Positions 37,237-45,692 of a DNA stretch of 64,000 nucleotides are shown piece after piece; position 1 is the stretch's first letter, and each line of letters starts with the position of its first letter. A program made the translations under genes and the position numbers. The stretch lies in NCBI GenBank assembly GCA_965248355.1, contig OZ252098.1, positions 5,216,001-5,280,000 of the forward strand. The letters are read 5' to 3'. The DNA is from Candidatus Latescibacterota bacterium. Its GTDB lineage: Bacteria; Latescibacterota; UBA2968; UBA8231. Under the pieces are notes generated by a model that did no database searches, was not told where the DNA came from, and was given only the letters and a program-made list of their open reading frames with translations.

Positions 37237-37645
37237 ATGCGCAGCAGAACTACCTCGACGCTCGTTGTTTCCGCCCTCGTCCTTCTCGCCTGCCAGGGTC
37301 CGGAGGGACCGATGGGGCCGGCGGGGCCCCCGGGGAAGGGGTCACCATTGAGCGGCGGCTGACCGGTTCCCTCTACGACGAGGATGGCTACATCCTCATC
37401 GAGGATGACCGCATCACCCCGACGAGCTTCCGGGCTCTCTACCTCAAGGCCACCGACCTGGAATCCGACTTCGTCATTTACATGCCCCTCGACTATCTGC
37501 ATCGGAGGAGCTGGAGACACCGATCCTCGCCGTCGCCGAGGGCGCGCTCCTGATACAGGATCGCAACAGGGATCTGCTGAGGGTAGCGCTGGAGTCCTTT
37601 CTCGACGAGACGGTCATCCACCTGGCGGTTCTGGTGGCGCGGTGA
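37237..37645 (+). pseudogene. Lipoprotein with short collagen-like G-X-Y tract, two frameshifts
   Basis: AAGGAGGT RBS; MRSRTTSTLVVSALVLLAC-QGPEGPMGPAGPPG. After one missing G (about 37333) it continues EGVTIERRLTGSLYDEDGYILIEDDRIT...YMPLDYL, then in another frame SEELETPILAVAEGALLIQD...VLVAR*. Confidence 0.65.
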
Positions 37646-37652
37646 AGGTCCC

Positions 37653-40616
37653 TCAGAACCGCAGCCCCACCTGCCCGAAGACCAACCGCCCCACCTCCGG
37701 GGCCCCGACGAAGGACTGGTAGGGCTGGTCCAGCACGTTGCTCGCGTCGATCTGCAGCACGATGTCCTGCTCCAGGGGAAGCTCGCAGCTCAGGTTGAGG
37801 TCCAGCACCGTGTAGGTATCCACCACGCCCGCGTACACCCCCGAGCTCATGCGGAAGGCATCGGTGTAGCGCATGCGGCCTCCCACCGTCAGTCCCAGGT
37901 CGGCGAAGTCGTAGTCGAGCCCCAGCTTGGTCTTGTGCCGGGGCGCGTTGAGGGCGACGTCGGCGCCGCCCTCGGCGCCTGCGTATTGCAGGTTCTCGAA
38001 CCAGTTGTCGTCCACGAAGGAGTAGTTTCCCGTGAGCCGCAACGGGTCGGTGGGGTACCAGGCCAGGCTCAGGTCGATCCCGCGGATGGTGACGGCCTCG
38101 AAGTTGCGGTAGCTCATGACCATCGCATGGGGATCGGAGGCCTGCTCGGGTGAGACCGTGCCGTAGGGAATGGCCGCCGCCCCCGCGGTGAGGAGGCCGG
38201 CCATCTCGTCCACCGGCGTGCCGTTGTTGTTGCCCTGCACCACCCCCGGCACCTGCGCCGAGTCGAGGGCCGCAAGGGCCGCGGCCAGCTCGGCGTTGTC
38301 CGGGTCGGCCAGGGCCTGTGCGATGCCCTCGCCAAGGGCCTTCCCCAAGCTCTCGGGATCGAGGAAGACGTTGGGCGTCACCACCGACACGGAGCCCACG
38401 AAGTTCTCGACCCGTGACTGGTACACGTCGGCGGCCACCACCACTTTGTCGGCCACGACCCCTTTGTAGCCCAACTCGAAGGTCTGGGTGACGGCCGACT
38501 GGATGCGCGGCACGTCGTGGGCGGTGACCGGCGTGGTGCCGTCGGCCTCCACGAAGAAGAAGGACTGTCGATTCGGGTCGGGCTCCTCGCCGAGGGGCTC
38601 GGTCTCGATGTTCAGCCGGCCCAGCCGGTTGCGCAGCCCGGGCAGCTGCTCGGGCACGATGCCGGGCAGGTCGGCGGCCAACTGGCCGGCCGCCGCCTGG
38701 GCCTCCTCGGCCCCCATGCCCCGGTCCATCAGGGCTCCGGCGGCCAGTTGCTGGAAGGCGGGTCCGAGCTGGGCGAACACCGCCTGCCGGCCGATCCCCC
38801 ACATGACGTTGGTGAACAGCGGATCGTGCAGAGGCAGGTACTGGTCGGCGGGCAGACCGGCCATCGGCGCGAAGGGGGAGCGGAACAGGGGACGGCCGTT
38901 CTCGTCCCGCCGGAAGGTGAAGCCGTACTCGCCGCTTCTGTAGTTCCCCTGGGTCCACACATCGATTGGACGGAACTCCCCCAGGCCGAGGGCCGCGAAG
39001 ACCGGCGAGAAGGTCGGGCCCAGGCCGAAGGGATCCCGGCTCGTCGGCAGGTCGAGGTAGAGGTTGTTCGACGTGGGCGTGCTGAAGGCCCGGTTGTAGG
39101 TCAGCCGCAGCGTCTGGGTCTCCCGCGGTTTGTACACCAGGGCGGCCCGGGGCGACAGCTCGGGATCGGCGAGGCGGCTGTGGTGGTCGTAGCGCAGGGC
39201 CAGGACCAGGTCGAGGGGATCGCCGAGGGCGGTCTCGCTCTGCACGTAGCCGCCGACCTCGTTCAGGTCGTCGTCGTCTTCGTTGCGGCCCATGATCGTG
39301 CCCTCGGTGTCGGGCCGCGTCAGCAGGGCGTCGACGCCGTAGGTGAAACGCTGTCGCGGACCCAGCCGGGAGGTGTGCTGCGCCTGGAGCACGGTAAGCG
39401 ACGACCGGTCGACGACGGGCACGCCCGTGCGCAGCAGGTACGTGCCGCCGGCGTCGCTCCAGTTGCGGAAGGCCTGGACGAACCAGTCGCCCCAGAGCAG
39501 CCGCAGCTGCGTGTAGTTGTACTGCCAGTCCACGGTCTGGGAGGCCCCCACGCCGGTGAGCCCGAGGATGTTCGCGTTGTTGTGCCCCGCCGACAGAATG
39601 GCCGTCAGGTCGTCGGAGGCCCGCCAGTCCAGGCGCGCCTCGAGGCTCTGGTTGCGGGTGTCGGGATCGCGCTCCTTCAGGGACGGCAAGTCGGCGCCGG
39701 CGGTGATCTCCGCCTGCCGCCGCTGCCGCGCCTCCACCTCCTCCCGGTCGGTGTACTCCCACTCCGTCCCGGTGTAGTATCGCGCCGAGAGCTTGTAGCC
39801 CAGGTCGTCCCCCATCTTGCCGGCGTGGCGCATCTCGGTCTTGCGCAGATCGCGCTCGCCCAGCCCCAGGTAGACATTCGTGCCCTGCGAGGTGAGGGGC
39901 GAACGGGTGATGACGTGCATGACCCCGTCGGCGCTGTTGGGACCGTACAAAGCAGACCCAGGCCCCAGGACCACCTCGATGCGCTCCACGTCCTCGTTGG
40001 TGAGAGGGATGAAGTTCATGGCGTTGACCCGCAGGGAGGGCACGCGCGCGATGCGGTTGTCCGTCAACGTGAGCAGGGAACCGGAGAAGATGTTGTTGAA
40101 GCCGCGCACCACCACCATGTTGGTCGCCAGTCCCGTGCGGGCGAAGTCCACCGCCGGCAGGTCCTTGACGTGGTCGGCCACGGTCAGGGCCGGCTTGTTG
40201 CGCACATCGCGGCCATCGACCACGGAGACCGAGGCCGGGGCGTCCAGGATCTTCTCCTGCCGGCGCGAGGCGGTGACCACCTTCTGCCCGAGATAGAGCA
40301 CCTGCTCCACAAGGACCGCCTTCAGCCGCGTGGTCTCGCCGGCCCGCACGCGCACCGCTTCCCGTTTCTCGGTCCTGTAGCCGACAAAGGTGATCTCCAC
40401 CTCGTAGGTGCCCGCGGGCAGGGCGATGCGGAACCGCCCCTCCTCGCTGGAGATGCCACCGCTGCCATCCGGCAGGGCCGGTCCCCGTACGGCGATGCCG
40501 GCGCCGTACAGGGCCCCCCCATCCTCCCCGGTGACCGTGCCTTCGATGTAGCCCCTCGGCTGGGCCCAGGCGGCCCCGCAGGCCAGGATCAGCAACAGAA
40601 ACGGGAACTTGCTCAT
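37653..40616 (-). CDS. TonB-dependent outer-membrane receptor with N-terminal carboxypeptidase-regulatory-like domain
   Basis: Signal peptide MSKFPFLLLILACGAAWA; VVTASRR, VRGF, ERIEVVLGPGSALYG plug motifs; NVLD...GRLVFGQVGLRF with C-terminal Phe. Confidence 0.93.
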   Translation of the reverse strand: MSKFPFLLLILACGAAWAQPRGYIEGTVTGEDGGALYGAGIAVRGPALPDGSGGISSEEGRFRIALPAGTYEVEITFVGYRTEKREAVRVRAGETTRLKAVLVEQVLYLGQKVVTASRRQEKILDAPASVSVVDGRDVRNKPALTVADHVKDLPAVDFARTGLATNMVVVRGFNNIFSGSLLTLTDNRIARVPSLRVNAMNFIPLTNEDVERIEVVLGPGSALYGPNSADGVMHVITRSPLTSQGTNVYLGLGERDLRKTEMRHAGKMGDDLGYKLSARYYTGTEWEYTDREEVEARQRRQAEITAGADLPSLKERDPDTRNQSLEARLDWRASDDLTAILSAGHNNANILGLTGVGASQTVDWQYNYTQLRLLWGDWFVQAFRNWSDAGGTYLLRTGVPVVDRSSLTVLQAQHTSRLGPRQRFTYGVDALLTRPDTEGTIMGRNEDDDDLNEVGGYVQSETALGDPLDLVLALRYDHHSRLADPELSPRAALVYKPRETQTLRLTYNRAFSTPTSNNLYLDLPTSRDPFGLGPTFSPVFAALGLGEFRPIDVWTQGNYRSGEYGFTFRRDENGRPLFRSPFAPMAGLPADQYLPLHDPLFTNVMWGIGRQAVFAQLGPAFQQLAAGALMDRGMGAEEAQAAAGQLAADLPGIVPEQLPGLRNRLGRLNIETEPLGEEPDPNRQSFFFVEADGTTPVTAHDVPRIQSAVTQTFELGYKGVVADKVVVAADVYQSRVENFVGSVSVVTPNVFLDPESLGKALGEGIAQALADPDNAELAAALAALDSAQVPGVVQGNNNGTPVDEMAGLLTAGAAAIPYGTVSPEQASDPHAMVMSYRNFEAVTIRGIDLSLAWYPTDPLRLTGNYSFVDDNWFENLQYAGAEGGADVALNAPRHKTKLGLDYDFADLGLTVGGRMRYTDAFRMSSGVYAGVVDTYTVLDLNLSCELPLEQDIVLQIDASNVLDQPYQSFVGAPEVGRLVFGQVGLRF

Positions 40617-40818
40617 CTTGTGTTCCCTCCGTGAAAAGGCGGGTCGGGTGTCTCCTGCCCGCCAGAACCCGCTCGGCCGGCCGCGCTCCGGATGCACTTC
40701 CAGGCCGGTTGGCGCCAAGTCAAGACAGGCCCATCGAGCCCGTCAACGCTCAGCCAGCGGCCACTGTGAAAAGCGGCGAGTTCCCGGCCGCGCCCCGATG
40801 CCCTGGGCACCCCCTCCT

Positions 40819-40852
40819 TGCGACATGATCTGTCGCACCCCCGGGGCAGGTT
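40819..40852 (+). promoter_or_regulatory. Palindromic operator/promoter element, copy 2
   Basis: TGCGACA-tgatc-TGTCGCA-cccccgggg-CAGGTT, a perfect 7-bp inverted repeat upstream of the 40902 gene. Confidence 0.75.
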
Positions 40853-40901
40853 TCCATTTCCGCAGAGTCGCTTTCGGAATTCAACGAAAGGAGGGGACAC
40901 C

Positions 40902-41354
40902 ATGAGAGTCCTTGCCAGGGGAGTGCTTGTACTTGCCGTGTTGTGGCTGCCGGTTGGATGCGGCGTCGGGAAACTGCTGGAGCTGGAGGCCCCGGGGGGG
41001 ACGCCGGCCCTGATGACGAGGGTGCTCATCGTCAAGGAGGGAGGCGGATACAAGATCCAGTACTCCCTTCAGGACGGGGACCTCGCCGATACCTCGGCCG
41101 ACGGCACGCTGAGGGTGACCTTCGTCGACTATGGCAACGAAGGCAGAGTCTTCTTTGCGGAGACGTACGAGGTGGAGAAATCGGACTTCAAGAAGTACGA
41201 GACGCTGCTGGGCGGAGAAGTGTGGGGGCACGTGATCATCGTCGGTGCGTCGGAAGTAAGGCAGTACGGCAGCGACATCTTCGCCAGGATGAAGCTGCGG
41301 TTCGAGACCGCGAAGGGTGCGGTCTTCGAGGACGAGGACACGTTTTTCTTGTAG
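40902..41354 (+). CDS. Hypothetical lipoprotein
   Basis: AAGGAGG RBS; LWLPVGC lipobox; beta-rich mature part. Confidence 0.75.
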   Translation: MRVLARGVLVLAVLWLPVGCGVGKLLELEAPGGTPALMTRVLIVKEGGGYKIQYSLQDGDLADTSADGTLRVTFVDYGNEGRVFFAETYEVEKSDFKKYETLLGGEVWGHVIIVGASEVRQYGSDIFARMKLRFETAKGAVFEDEDTFFL

Positions 41355-41356
41355 AC

Positions 41357-41387
41357 CGACACGATCTGTCGCACCCCCGGATAGGTT
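41357..41387 (+). promoter_or_regulatory. Palindromic operator/promoter element, copy 3
   Basis: CGACA-cgatc-TGTCG-cacccccgga-TAGGTT, 2 bp after the 41354 stop and upstream of the clpP-like/AAA unit. Confidence 0.75.
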
Positions 41388-41429
41388 CAGACTGCGCAAC
41401 GTAGACGAATCCCAATTCCGAGGAGTGAC

Positions 41430-41721
41430 ATGCCTACCAAGAAGGAATCCAGCCGTCCTCTCCCACCGGTTCAGCGCCTTGAGCTTCGGCAACCACTCGG
41501 AGCTGGTGGCGCGCCGCAAGGAGGAAGACCTCCTGCACCGGCGCCTCGTGGATCACTACCTCGCCTTCTCCAACCTGACGACCGAGGAGGAGGTCGCCGA
41601 GCGGCTGCTGCGCGACGTGGACACCTGGCTGACGCCGGAGGAGGCGGTCGAGGTGGGGATCGCAGACAAGGTGCAGGAGGACCGGCCCGCCCGGCGGGGC
41701 GGGGTGGAGGTGCGGCGATGA
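41430..41721 (+). pseudogene. Internally deleted ClpP-like (S14) protease; only the start and the C-terminal half remain
   Basis: GAGGAG RBS and ATG 41430 (MPTKKE). A different frame gives AVLSHRFSA...LLRDVDTWLTPEEAVEVGIADKV, matching the ClpP His and Asp regions (xxHQP; RDxWxxxxEAxxxGxxDxV). The Ser-containing half is missing. ATGA overlap with the next gene. Confidence 0.7.
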
Positions 41722-43892
41722 CGGCGCGCGAGCAGGCCCTCCCGGTGGACGGCTACGAGACGAATGCGGAGTTCCTGAAGGCGAAATACGACGAGGTGGC
41801 CCTGCAGCTGGAGTGCGCCGGGCTGCGAGGCCAATTGCGGCAGTGGGACCGGCCTTGGTCAACTGGGTCGTATGGCACCTCGCAGGAGACGATGAGGATG
41901 CCGGCGAACCACCTTCGGCAACGGCTGGAAACCTCGGAGTTGGCCCTGCGGCGCCATCAGGCGGTCGTCGAGGAGCGACTGACGGCGAGCGATGTCTCGG
42001 AGGTGCCCTTCCTGGACCTGCTGGAGCGTTGTGGCCTGCCCGTCTTCGACGGGGAGGTGCTCTGGCTGCTGTTCTTCATGGCCGTGTCGCCGGAGTTCCG
42101 GGACCTGTACGAGCAACTGAAGCTCGGCGAGTGGGACGGCCACGATGGGCACGGGATGTGCATCGGTGATCTGCTGAGGGTGCTGTGCTCGAAGGGGATC
42201 GGCGATTCCATGGAGGCGCGCTCGCGGTTCGGGGTCGACGCGCCGCTCATGGCGCACCACCTCGTCCGCATGGACCGATCCGGTGGGAAGCCGTCGATAC
42301 TGGACGTTGAGCTGGAACTGCCCCAGCGGGTGGTCTCGTGGATGAGCGGGGACACGCATCGCTACACGGACGACAGTCCGTGCCGGGTGGAGTGGCCCAC
42401 GGAGGAGGTCGATCAGGTCGTGATGGAGGACGGCGTGGTCGGCCGGCTGCTGAGGATGGTGGACCACTACGAGGAGTTCCGCGCCCGCCGCCTGGATCTG
42501 GGGCTGGCGGACGCGGCCTCCTACGGGAGCGGCCTCGTCATCCTGGAGCACGGGCCGCCGGGGACGGGGAAGACCCTGCTGGCGCGGGCCCTGGCCCGCC
42601 GCACCGGGAAACCCCTCGTGAGTCTGATGGACCTGAGCAGGCGCCATCTCGAAGCCGAGGATCTGGAGTGTCTGTTCCGCGAGGCTCGTCTCCAGGACGG
42701 CATCCTGTTCATCGACGAATGCGAGGGCCTGTGCTCCGAACACAGCTTTGAACTGCCGGTCCTGCTGCGCGAGCTGGAGCACTTCGAGGGCATCGTCGTC
42801 ATGGCGACCAACCACCCGAAAAAACTGGCGACGCAGATCGACAGGCGATGTACGGTGAAGGTGCCCTTTGATCTGCCCTCGGAGCCGGCGCGGCTGCGGA
42901 TCTGGCAACTGCACCTGGGGAAGGCTCCCCTGGCGGCGGACGTGGACCTGGCGCGGCTGGCGCGGGAGTATCCCATGGCCGGGGGCTACATCAAGAACGC
43001 GGCCCAGACGGCGGTGAACGAAGCCCTGGCGCGCGAAGGGGAGTTGGTCTTGCGGCAGGGCGATCTCGAGGCCGCCTGCCGGCTGCAGGAGGACCGGGTC
43101 TGTGAGGAGCCGAGGGTTGGCCGGCGTTACCGGCCGCAACAACCAGTGGAAGACCTGATGGCCGGCGAGAAGCTTCGGGAGCGCCTGCGGAGCTTGGCGC
43201 TGGCCCTTGCCCGGAAGGGCGATATCCTGCGCTCCTGGCTGGGTGCGGAGGGCTCGGACACCGGTGGAGTGCGCGTGCTGTTCCACGGCGGGGACTTCGA
43301 GGCGGCCATGGAGGCAGCGGACGCCTTGGCTGCGGAGATGGATCGCGCCGTGCTGAGAGTGAGGATGCGGGAGTTGTGTCGGGGACCGGATGTTTCCGAG
43401 AGAAGGTCGAAGTGGGTGCAGGACTGGCCCTTCGGGCTGATCGAGGCCGCGGCCCAGGCGGGGCAGATCGTTGCCATCGCGGATCCCCTTGGGCAGCTCG
43501 GGGACGATCAGGAGAGTGAGGGGAAGACCGCCAGAGGTGTTCTGTCAGAATGTGCGCGGTCACCGGCGGATCTGTTCGTCGTCAGCGGCCGGAGGTTCCG
43601 CACCATGAAGGGTTGGGGGGATCTGTTCCACGAGAGCGTGGATGTGACGCCGGCAGAGGTGGAGGTACGGGCCGACCAGTGGCGGCGCCTGCTCGGCAGT
43701 CGGGCCGGAGCCATCGACCTGGACAGGCTGGCGGAGGCTTTCCCGGCGACCGGCGCGCAGATGCGCATGGCGCTGGAGAGGGCGGCCCTCCGGGCGGGGG
43801 CGGCGGGGGAGGAAGACCTGGCCGAGGAGGAGTTGTGGGAGGCGGTGCGCGGTGTGATGGGCAGGCGGTGGGAGGAGGGACTGTTCGGGTGA
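41718..43892 (+). CDS. AAA+ ATPase with long N-terminal region, one intact and one degenerate AAA module
   Basis: HGPPGTGKT, ILFIDECE, VVMATN, IDRRC, RLRIWQLHL, AGGYIKNA. The second module VRVLFHGGDFEAA lacks the Walker A lysine. GGAGG RBS before ATG 41718. Confidence 0.85.
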   Translation: MTAREQALPVDGYETNAEFLKAKYDEVALQLECAGLRGQLRQWDRPWSTGSYGTSQETMRMPANHLRQRLETSELALRRHQAVVEERLTASDVSEVPFLDLLERCGLPVFDGEVLWLLFFMAVSPEFRDLYEQLKLGEWDGHDGHGMCIGDLLRVLCSKGIGDSMEARSRFGVDAPLMAHHLVRMDRSGGKPSILDVELELPQRVVSWMSGDTHRYTDDSPCRVEWPTEEVDQVVMEDGVVGRLLRMVDHYEEFRARRLDLGLADAASYGSGLVILEHGPPGTGKTLLARALARRTGKPLVSLMDLSRRHLEAEDLECLFREARLQDGILFIDECEGLCSEHSFELPVLLRELEHFEGIVVMATNHPKKLATQIDRRCTVKVPFDLPSEPARLRIWQLHLGKAPLAADVDLARLAREYPMAGGYIKNAAQTAVNEALAREGELVLRQGDLEAACRLQEDRVCEEPRVGRRYRPQQPVEDLMAGEKLRERLRSLALALARKGDILRSWLGAEGSDTGGVRVLFHGGDFEAAMEAADALAAEMDRAVLRVRMRELCRGPDVSERRSKWVQDWPFGLIEAAAQAGQIVAIADPLGQLGDDQESEGKTARGVLSECARSPADLFVVSGRRFRTMKGWGDLFHESVDVTPAEVEVRADQWRRLLGSRAGAIDLDRLAEAFPATGAQMRMALERAALRAGAAGEEDLAEEELWEAVRGVMGRRWEEGLFG

Positions 43893-43978
43893 TGAGAGGT
43901 TCGGGTGCCGAACCAGTTGGGCAAGGCGCGACCCTCACCGAGCGTTACCATCACCGAGGTTCAGGGGTCCATACAGGC

Positions 43979-45658
43979 ATGGAGACCGCAGGAACCGGCG
44001 ACGGCTCCCTGGCCCGGGCCGCGGCGGCTGGGGACCTGGCCGCCTTCGAGGCCCTCGTCCGGCGCCATCAGCACCAGCTCTACCGCGACGCCCTCGGATA
44101 TCTGGGCTCGCACGACGAGGCCCTCGACGCGGTGCAGGAGGCCCTGATCGGGGCGCTGAAGCGCTTCCACCAGCTGCGAGAGCCGGTCCGGGTAGGCTCC
44201 TGGCTGCGCACGGCGGTGCGGCATCGGAGTCTCAACATGCTGCGCGACCGCAGGCGCCGGGTCGAGGCCCACGCCCGCTACGGAGAGGCCCTGGTGGATG
44301 ACGAATGGTCGGAAAGCGGGGCACCCGGCCCCGCCGCCCGCCTGCTGGACCGCCTGCCCCAGGAAACCGCCGCCGCCTTTCTGCTCCACTACATCGACGG
44401 GCGGACGCTGGAGGCGGTGGCTCGCGAGCTCGACGCGACTCCGTCAAGCGTCAAGCAGCGGCTCTACCGTGCCCGCCGCCACCTTAGAGAGGAAGCCCTC
44501 GCCATGGCCAGGAAACACGGAGACGCCCTGCCCGACGACTTCGCCGCCCGCGTCGTCGCCCATCTGCTGAAGAGCGGGCGGGACGACCGGCTCCACATGC
44601 GCTACGAGGCGGCCCGGGCCCACTTCCGGGAGATCCTGGATCTGCAGCCCGGGCATTCGACAGCCCTGCTCGAGTGGGGCCGCACCTATGGTCCCTTTGA
44701 CTTGCCCGGCGAGGATCAGGTCGGCGCCCTGGAGAGGGCGGCCAGGGCCGCCCCCGACTCCCTCGAGGTGATGGCCGAGCTGGAGTTGGCCTGCCGCCGG
44801 CCCGGCTCCGAGGAACGGAGCAGGGAGCTGAGACCGCGAGTGCTGGCCCTGGCGGACCGGCGCTTGGCGGCGGATGAAGCCGATTTGGAGGCCCTCTACT
44901 GCAAGGCGAGGCTGATCCGGGGAGCCGGGGAATTCGCACAGGCCCTGCCTCTGCTGGCGGTCCTCGTGGAACGGGCACCGGAGGACCAGGCCTTTCTCTA
45001 CGAGTACGGGCTGTGCCTGTCGCGGCTCGACCGCCACGGCGAGGCGGCGCCCGTGTACGAGAGCGTGCTGCGCGGAGACCGGATAACCTTCTGGGCCTTC
45101 TCGGCCCACCGCCAGCTGGCCACCCACCATGCGTACCGGACCGGCGAAATGGCCGAAGCGGTCCGCCACATGGAAGCGGCGTGGCGGCAGATGCCGTCAG
45201 CCGGCGAAGCGGGCAACCTCATCTACTTCCACAGCGGCGTTGGAAGGCCCGACCGGGGGCTGGAGCTGTACGAGGACAACCAGGAGCACCCCCATCCCCC
45301 GCGCGTTCACGCAACGGCCGGCGTGGGTTACCTGTTGGCCGGCCGTCGAGAGGAGGCGGAGGCGGCCTTCCAGCAGGCCCTGGAAGGGGCCTCAGACGAT
45401 GATTTCGTGGCGGAGATTCACCTCCATCTGGCGCGGATCTCGCAGGAAGCGGATCGGCCCGGGCGGGTGGGTTCTCACCTGCGCCGGGGCCTCTCCCTGG
45501 ACTTGGCAGGCCGCCGCCAACTGGCCGGCCCGCCGGGCAGTCCCTTCCGGCGATGGTGGACGCGGTGGCTCGCCGAGTCGCTTCAGGCCGTGGGCGTGGA
45601 GCGCGGCAGTGTGAAGGGCTTGTTGACCGCGGTGAAGCGGGAGCTGGACTCCCCTTAA
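43979..45658 (+). CDS. ECF sigma-70 factor with C-terminal TPR extension
   Basis: GDLAAFEALVRRH, DAVQEA, SWL (region 2); LEAVARELDATPSSVKQRLYRARRHL (region 4); then about 360 aa of TPR-like helices. Confidence 0.85.
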   Translation: METAGTGDGSLARAAAAGDLAAFEALVRRHQHQLYRDALGYLGSHDEALDAVQEALIGALKRFHQLREPVRVGSWLRTAVRHRSLNMLRDRRRRVEAHARYGEALVDDEWSESGAPGPAARLLDRLPQETAAAFLLHYIDGRTLEAVARELDATPSSVKQRLYRARRHLREEALAMARKHGDALPDDFAARVVAHLLKSGRDDRLHMRYEAARAHFREILDLQPGHSTALLEWGRTYGPFDLPGEDQVGALERAARAAPDSLEVMAELELACRRPGSEERSRELRPRVLALADRRLAADEADLEALYCKARLIRGAGEFAQALPLLAVLVERAPEDQAFLYEYGLCLSRLDRHGEAAPVYESVLRGDRITFWAFSAHRQLATHHAYRTGEMAEAVRHMEAAWRQMPSAGEAGNLIYFHSGVGRPDRGLELYEDNQEHPHPPRVHATAGVGYLLAGRREEAEAAFQQALEGASDDDFVAEIHLHLARISQEADRPGRVGSHLRRGLSLDLAGRRQLAGPPGSPFRRWWTRWLAESLQAVGVERGSVKGLLTAVKRELDSP

Positions 45659-45692
45659 ACGCCTCTCCGGCGAAGGAGGGCAAGGAGTATTG

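Noticed and set aside
40755..40800. GCCACTGTGA upstream of the TonB receptor as a cobalamin riboswitch
   Set aside because: It is on the strand opposite to the receptor transcript, and the other B12-box elements were not found.
41430..43892. 820-aa ORF as a single native protein
   Set aside because: The first 96 codons are an off-frame reading of the ClpP-like remnant. The ATPase has its own GGAGG RBS and ATG at 41718.
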